64,000 bases of DNA from Candidatus Hydrogenedentota bacterium (GTDB lineage: Bacteria; Hydrogenedentota; Hydrogenedentia; Hydrogenedentales; SLHB01), in the NCBI GenBank assembly GCA_045863295.1, contig BTWA01000004.1, positions 96,001 through 160,000 on the forward strand. The letters are read 5' to 3'. The position numbers were made by a program, and so were the translations under genes. Under the pieces are notes generated by a model that saw only the letters and a list, made by a program, of their open reading frames with translations, made no database searches and was not told the DNA's origin. Positions 59,377-64,000 of the stretch are shown here, piece after piece. Within the stretch, counting starts at the first letter, position 1; each line of letters begins with the position of its first letter.

Positions 59377-59829
59377 TTAAAACGGAATATCGTCCTCGGG
59401 GAGCGGCTCTTCGATCACGCGCGGCTGGGGCCGGTTTCCACCCCCGCCACCACTGCTGCTTCCAGCACCGCCACCTCGATCGTCCCAATCCAACTGCTGG
59501 ACCCGCTCGGCGACGACCTCTATCGCAGACCGCTTCTGCCCCGTGTTCTTATCTTCCCATTCGTTGCTTTTCAGGCGACCCTCAACCAAAACGGGTCGGC
59601 CTTTCTTCAAGTATTCGTTGCAAAACTCGGCGGACTTGTTCCATGTCTCTACGTTGATAAAGAATGAGTCCTCGCGACGCTCTCCATCTTTGGACTTATA
59701 AAAGCGCGATACCGCCATGCGCAGTTTACACACCGCCATTCCAGAGGGGAGATACCGCAACTCGGGGTCGGCGGTAAGCCGCCCCACCAGCTGCACTTTA
59801 TTCAGGTCCGGCATGCGCAAGTCGGACAT
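59377..59829 (-). CDS. ssb: Single-stranded DNA-binding protein
   Basis: NKVQLVGRL and KG..VLVEGRL motifs; C-terminal DDIPF. Confidence 0.97.
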   Translation of the reverse strand: MSDLRMPDLNKVQLVGRLTADPELRYLPSGMAVCKLRMAVSRFYKSKDGERREDSFFINVETWNKSAEFCNEYLKKGRPVLVEGRLKSNEWEDKNTGQKRSAIEVVAERVQQLDWDDRGGGAGSSSGGGGGNRPQPRVIEEPLPEDDIPF

Positions 59830-59886
59830 GGATCTCCTCCCTCTCGTGGGTCCGCGTCAAAGCCAATCCTATCCCGGATCACGGGA

Positions 59887-60336
59887 TTAATCGTCGTCGT
59901 CGTCTCGGTGGCGGCCGCGCGGGCCGCGCGACATCACCGGTTCGTCGTCCTCGTCGTCGCCGTCTTCGCTGCGACGCCGTCCGGACTGCAACTCAGCCTG
60001 CACGCGTTCAAACTGCTCTTGTTCGAGGCGCAAAGTCTTCTCGTCAAACACGAGGATCAGATCACGAATCACGTCTTCGGACAGGCGAAACGTGGTTTCC
60101 AGCTTTTCAATCAGGAGGGGATTGAGGGTGAAGCGCAAAAGGATATAGAAACCTTCGTTGAACTGCTTCACTTCATACGCAAGTTTGCGCTTACCCCAAA
60201 TTTCAGCCTTGAGGATGGCGCCGCCGTTGCCCGTGACGAAGTCTTCGGTCTGCTTGGCGATCTTCTGCACTTCCTCATCGCTCTTGTCCGGGCGAACAAT
60301 ATAGAGCGTCTCATACGTGTTCAAACTGGTACTCAA
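59887..60336 (-). CDS. rpsF: 30S ribosomal protein S6 (TTG start)
   Basis: YETLYIVRPD and WGKRKLAYEV motifs; RBS GGGAGGT. Confidence 0.96.
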   Translation of the reverse strand: MSTSLNTYETLYIVRPDKSDEEVQKIAKQTEDFVTGNGGAILKAEIWGKRKLAYEVKQFNEGFYILLRFTLNPLLIEKLETTFRLSEDVIRDLILVFDEKTLRLEQEQFERVQAELQSGRRRSEDGDDEDDEPVMSRGPRGRHRDDDDD

Positions 60337-60385
60337 CGGATCTCACCTCCCATGGGCAATCATGTAGATCAAAAAGGCGCATTCC
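60337..60385 (-). promoter_or_regulatory. Putative S6:S18 autoregulatory leader
   Basis: CCTTTTT can pair with the SD (GGGAGG) around a small hairpin and an unpaired CCC. Confidence 0.45.
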
Positions 60386-60445
60386 ACCCTTCGGCGCGGG
60401 CTCCGCAATTGCCGCGCCGGTTCGAAGGGCGGACACGAATGGCGT

Positions 60446-60474
60446 ATCGTATCAGAAATCGGCGGCTTTCTCAA
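60446..60474 (-). promoter_or_regulatory. sigma70 promoter of the rpsF operon
   Basis: TTGAGA-17 nt-TACGAT with extended TG. Confidence 0.65.
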
Positions 60475-60665
60475 CACTGGCGACGCGAAGGGTAATGGAC
60501 GCGAAGTGTGAATGGGAACGCGCAGAGGTGGAAGTTCGAGGGATCGGCTTCCCTCCGTAATGATTCCCTGCGGGGATTCGCCTCCCAAGCGCAACCGAAA
60601 GTACAGCAACCGTACCGGATTTGCCGGTTCCAGCGGGCGCACTGCCCAGGTGAACTAGTCCGGGT

Positions 60666-61031
60666 TCATTCCCTACGGGACATCGTTTGGAAGCGGCTCT
60701 TGGGGAGGGGGTAGATTTTTACCTTGACCTTCCCCGAATTGGGATGAAGCTTCCGCATGGCGGCCTTGGAGAGGTCAATCACCCGTCCTTTGACGTACGG
60801 GCCGCGGTCGTTCAGGCGAACAACCACCGAGTTTCCGTTTTCCGCGACGACCAGATAGTAACTGCCAAACTCGCCGTCGAGCATGGCGCACGTGTAGTCG
60901 TCATCGCGGAGTGGTTCGCCCGAAGCGGTCATGGCACTGCTGCTTTGCACCGTATAGTACGAAGCGAGCCCTTCCGTGACCGGTTCGAGCGGCTGTTGCG
61001 AAAGCAACAGAAGCGCGACGATCTCAAACAT
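60666..61031 (-). CDS. rlpA: RlpA-like (DPBB) lytic transglycosylase, no SPOR domain
   Basis: GLASYY, TASGE, VRLNDRGP and RVIDLS motifs. Confidence 0.88.
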   Translation of the reverse strand: MFEIVALLLLSQQPLEPVTEGLASYYTVQSSSAMTASGEPLRDDDYTCAMLDGEFGSYYLVVAENGNSVVVRLNDRGPYVKGRVIDLSKAAMRKLHPNSGKVKVKIYPLPKSRFQTMSRRE

Positions 61032-61341
61032 AAGCTGGTCCTCGGTCTCCCTCTCTTCGCGGTGGGCACGCTCTGGAGCGTTCCATTGCCGGCCCGATAC
61101 TGCTGGCGGACAGCAGCCGGAACAATCCAGCGCACACCGTTGGATACTTGAGACTGGGGGCAAACCCGACTACCGCGTGCCGGGACAGTGACGCCCCGGG
61201 GCTTGCCCTTAACGAACCTGCCATGCCGGTAGAGGCGTATCGGACTACGCGTCCCCCTGCCCACCGGCTGGCGAAGGGGGCACAATACCAAACGGGTTTT
61301 GGGCATGTCAACCCGTGAACGGCGTCACGACTTCACAGTAT

Positions 61342-62778
61342 TTACACGGTGGTACGCGCGCCAAAGCGGCCCTTCACCATGTCGTAGATGCCGCCAAAGG
61401 CTCCGTTACTGAGAAACAGTACGACATCTCCCGGAAGGACATCGCATTCCAACACAGCCACAATATCTTCCACACGGTCCGAGGTGCCCGCCTGTAACCC
61501 TTTTTCCTGCAATGCGTTAACGACTTCGCTCTTTACCAGCCTCTCGGATTCCGGAATGCGGTCCGCACGGTATATCGGACCAAGCCAGACCCGATCGGCT
61601 TGTTCGAAAGACTCGGCGAGGTCGGCTTGGAATGCCTTGGTGACCGTGGTATTGGATCGCGGCTCAAATAAGACCCAAAGCCTTCGGTCTGGCCAGCGGC
61701 TCTTGGCGGCCTTGATGGTTTCGCGGATCGCCGTCGGGTGGTGGGCGAAATCGTCGACGAAGACAATGTCATTGGCCTCCAGGAAGATTTCCATTCGCCG
61801 CTTGACGCCTTTGAACTGGCGGATTGCCGCGCGAATTGCATCCGGATCCGCTCCCAGGAGGGTTGCCACGGCAATCGCCGCGAGCGCGTTCTGCGCGTTG
61901 TGTTGACCCGCCAGCGGCACATGGAATTCGCCCAGAGGCTCGCCTTCATAGGTCACTTGCATGCATTGGAAGCTGTCTTCGTGCCCGCCACCGTTCCACC
62001 GCACCGTGGAATTCTCGGCAAACCCGTAAGTCAATACGTTGCACGGCGCGTGCTCGCGCAGAGACAAAGCCCGGGGATTGTCCGCGCAGGTAACGAGATG
62101 GCCACCCCGCCGGATCTGGCGTAACATGCGGATGAACGCGGTTTGGATTTCCTCGACATTGGGGTAAATGTCGCCGTGGTCGAACTCGATGGACGTGACC
62201 ACGGCAATATCGGGAATGTAATGGAAAAACTTCGCCCTCTTGTCGAAGAAGGCCGTGTCGTATTCATCGCCCTCAATAACAAAAGGCGCCCCCGGCGAAC
62301 CGATCCGGGCGGAGTGCTCGAAATCGAGCGGTTGCCCGCCGATGAAGTAGCCGGGGCTCAAACCACATTGATCGAGCACGAACGCCGTAAGCGCCGTAGT
62401 CGTCGTCTTGCCGTGGGTGCCGCAGATGGCCACCGGCCTCCGCGCACGCAATACAGCATCCTTCATCCACTCCGCGAGGCTCACGTAGTGAAGACCATGG
62501 TCCAAGGCGGCCTCCACCTCCGGATTCCCCCGGCTGAGCGCGTTACCGAGAACCACAATATCGGGGTCCCAGGACAGGTTCTCGGCGGCGTACGTCACGG
62601 CAACGGGCACGCCGAGGGCAGCCACCATCGTGGAGGTAGGCGGATACAGCGGATTATCGCTCCCGCGGACTTCCCAGCCAGCCTGCACAGCGAGTCGTGC
62701 GCCGGCGACCATGCCAGTTCCGCCAATACCGCTGAAGTGGACTTTTGGGCGTGTGCCCGGAGAAAGAATGGGAATCAT
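61342..62778 (-). CDS. mpl: Murein peptide ligase Mpl (MurC family)
   Basis: GIGGTGM, LSRGNPE, GTHGKTTT, EGDEYDTAFFDK, DDFAHHP and FEPRSNT motifs. Confidence 0.9.
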   Translation of the reverse strand: MIPILSPGTRPKVHFSGIGGTGMVAGARLAVQAGWEVRGSDNPLYPPTSTMVAALGVPVAVTYAAENLSWDPDIVVLGNALSRGNPEVEAALDHGLHYVSLAEWMKDAVLRARRPVAICGTHGKTTTTALTAFVLDQCGLSPGYFIGGQPLDFEHSARIGSPGAPFVIEGDEYDTAFFDKRAKFFHYIPDIAVVTSIEFDHGDIYPNVEEIQTAFIRMLRQIRRGGHLVTCADNPRALSLREHAPCNVLTYGFAENSTVRWNGGGHEDSFQCMQVTYEGEPLGEFHVPLAGQHNAQNALAAIAVATLLGADPDAIRAAIRQFKGVKRRMEIFLEANDIVFVDDFAHHPTAIRETIKAAKSRWPDRRLWVLFEPRSNTTVTKAFQADLAESFEQADRVWLGPIYRADRIPESERLVKSEVVNALQEKGLQAGTSDRVEDIVAVLECDVLPGDVVLFLSNGAFGGIYDMVKGRFGARTTV

Positions 62779-63041
62779 AGGTCTAAAACGCCTCCCCTGC
62801 GGATCATAGCGGTATTAGACCAGAAAGGGGGTAGCCGATGAAATGGAGGCCTGGTATTCAACTGAGGTGGGTGCCAATCACGTTGTCTATTTGGGGTGAT
62901 ATTCGGGTTTTCTGAGGAAGTCAGCCCCGCGCGCCCACGGATTTGACGGACAAGTGCAATCGTGGTATTTTTCACGAATATGCGGTATAATGTGGGCAAG
63001 CCGATAGGTTTGGCGAACGGTTCAGCAAGGACGAATACAGC

Positions 63042-63070
63042 TTGACCCAATTGCACGGCAGGCATATAAT
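63042..63070 (+). promoter_or_regulatory. sigma70 promoter
   Basis: TTGACC-17 nt-TATAAT. Confidence 0.8.
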
Positions 63071-63082
63071 CGATTGAACGGG

Positions 63083-63100
63083 TGTTCACTATGCTGAACA
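63083..63100. promoter_or_regulatory. DtxR/MntR-type operator
   Basis: TGTTCA-CTATGC-TGAACA palindrome just downstream of the -10 element. Confidence 0.7.
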
Positions 63101-63113
63101 AGGATACCGGCCA

Positions 63114-63674
63114 ATGACTCAGCCGATAAACGACAGTTCTTACTGGCGCGAATTCGAGAAGAACGACATCACACACTCGGCGGCGCACTATTTAATGGTG
63201 ATTGATGCGTTGCGCGCCGAGTTCGGGTATGCACGCGTGACGGATGTGGCGGAAATGCTGGAGATTTCGCGCGGCGCGGCGTCGATGTCGATATCTCAGT
63301 TGAAGAAACGCGGCTGGGTGACGGAAGACCCACATCGATTTCTGCTCTTGACCGACGAAGGCGCGATGATGGCGAAGTTGGTGGAGCAAAATTTTCGGAT
63401 TTTATCGAAGTTTTTCCAGGAAGTGCTTTGTGTTTCCAGGGAAATCGCCTTGGGTGACGCCTGCAAGATGGAGCACCTGATGAGCTTGGAAACCGGACGA
63501 CGGCTGGTTTGGTTCATGCGCTACATTCTGGACGACGAATCGCGGGCGGCCACGCTGCAAGAAGTGATGAAGCGGTTTAAGCCGGAATGCGATAAGCCTT
63601 CGGAATGCCCGGTGTGTCACGGGGAAGGCTGTTTGAACATGTTGGAAGAGCCAACCGCAGCGAAGAACGAGTAA
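63114..63674 (+). CDS. DtxR/MntR-family metal-dependent repressor with Cys-rich tail
   Basis: ARVTDVA HTH, LTDEG, DACKMEH, and C-x5-C-x2-C-x4-C at the C-terminus. Confidence 0.9.
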   Translation: MTQPINDSSYWREFEKNDITHSAAHYLMVIDALRAEFGYARVTDVAEMLEISRGAASMSISQLKKRGWVTEDPHRFLLLTDEGAMMAKLVEQNFRILSKFFQEVLCVSREIALGDACKMEHLMSLETGRRLVWFMRYILDDESRAATLQEVMKRFKPECDKPSECPVCHGEGCLNMLEEPTAAKNE

Positions 63675-63776
63675 GGTATTTCCCACCTGGATCGGACGAG
63701 GGGGAATTGTCCGGTCGACAGGGGACAGCATAGCCGGCTTTCGGGCCGAAGAACAGGTTTGATAGGAACGGAAGTG

Positions 63777-64000
63777 ATGCACGATAGCGAGCGGACACTT
63801 ACGGAGTGTCAAACGGGGGACGAGGTAGACATTGTTCGGTACGCGACGGAGACGCCTTTGTGCGGCCGGTTGCGGGAATTGGGCCTTTCTCCAGGGCACG
63901 TGGTTCGCGTAGCCCGGGCGGGCAGCCCAATGATTGTCGAAGTGGGTGCGAGTCGGCTTTGCCTTCGAGGCGCCGATGCCTCTCAACTGGTGGTGCGTCC
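63777..64000 (+). CDS. feoA: FeoA family protein (runs off the window end)
   Basis: Translates MHDSERTLTECQTG..RLRELGLSPG..PMIVEVGASRLCL; absent from the ORF track because there is no stop in the window. Confidence 0.85.
   Translation, partial: MHDSERTLTECQTGDEVDIVRYATETPLCGRLRELGLSPGHVVRVARAGSPMIVEVGASRLCLRGADASQLVVR

Noticed and set aside
60480..60665. tRNA, SRP or 6S RNA between rlpA and rpsF
   Set aside because: No cloverleaf, SRP loop or long 6S-type duplex could be identified
967..62841. Long antisense or alternative-frame ORFs (e.g. 967..2004, 8336..9652, 23202..24452, 29425..30432, 34027..35361, 41818..42801)
   Set aside because: They shadow well-supported genes, carry no motifs, and are expected in high-GC DNA
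62820..62920. AAAGGGGGTAGC resembling the 5' end of a yybP-ykoY Mn riboswitch, plus a 25-codon ORF
   Set aside because: The 3' conserved riboswitch elements are missing, and the site lies upstream of the predicted regulator promoter
63675..63776. Hairpin between the regulator and feoA as a NiCo/iron riboswitch
   Set aside because: Only one convincing stem; the four-way junction consensus was not recognised

Overview
GC-rich bacterial chromosome segment, mostly housekeeping and metabolic genes. The gene style would fit a lineage such as Ca. Hydrogenedentota, but that is an unverified impression. In order along the window: a lipoprotein/HD-hydrolase/DUF3592/strictosidine-synthase-like operon; a TPR-GT2 glycosyltransferase; a complete Na+-type V/A-ATPase operon (G-I-K-E-C-F-A-B-D) unusually preceded by F-type atpZ/atpI(uncI)-like genes; an atu/liu-like acyl-CoA cluster; an orphan hslV; a sugar-modification cluster (two Zn dehydrogenases, divergent Prs, carbamoyltransferase, two GT4, PIG-L deacetylase, SDR); an OmpR-type two-component system divergent from a secreted EF-hand protein, with Gly/Pro/Gln repeats in both the sensor and the EF-hand protein; a REP-bounded AT-rich orphan gene; GT39, methyltransferase, ispG, radical SAM and def; a cupin behind NrdR-like boxes; an M42 peptidase; a beta-helix protein; an unannotated sigma54-driven structured transcript; a Tat-exported GH116; PhyH; a solitary sigma28/CsrA-controlled flagellin; rpsF-ssb-rpsR-DUF2232-rplI-dnaB; rlpA; mpl; and a DtxR-family regulator with feoA. 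No rRNA, tRNA, CRISPR array or intact transposase was seen. All calls come from reading motifs by eye; no database searches were run.
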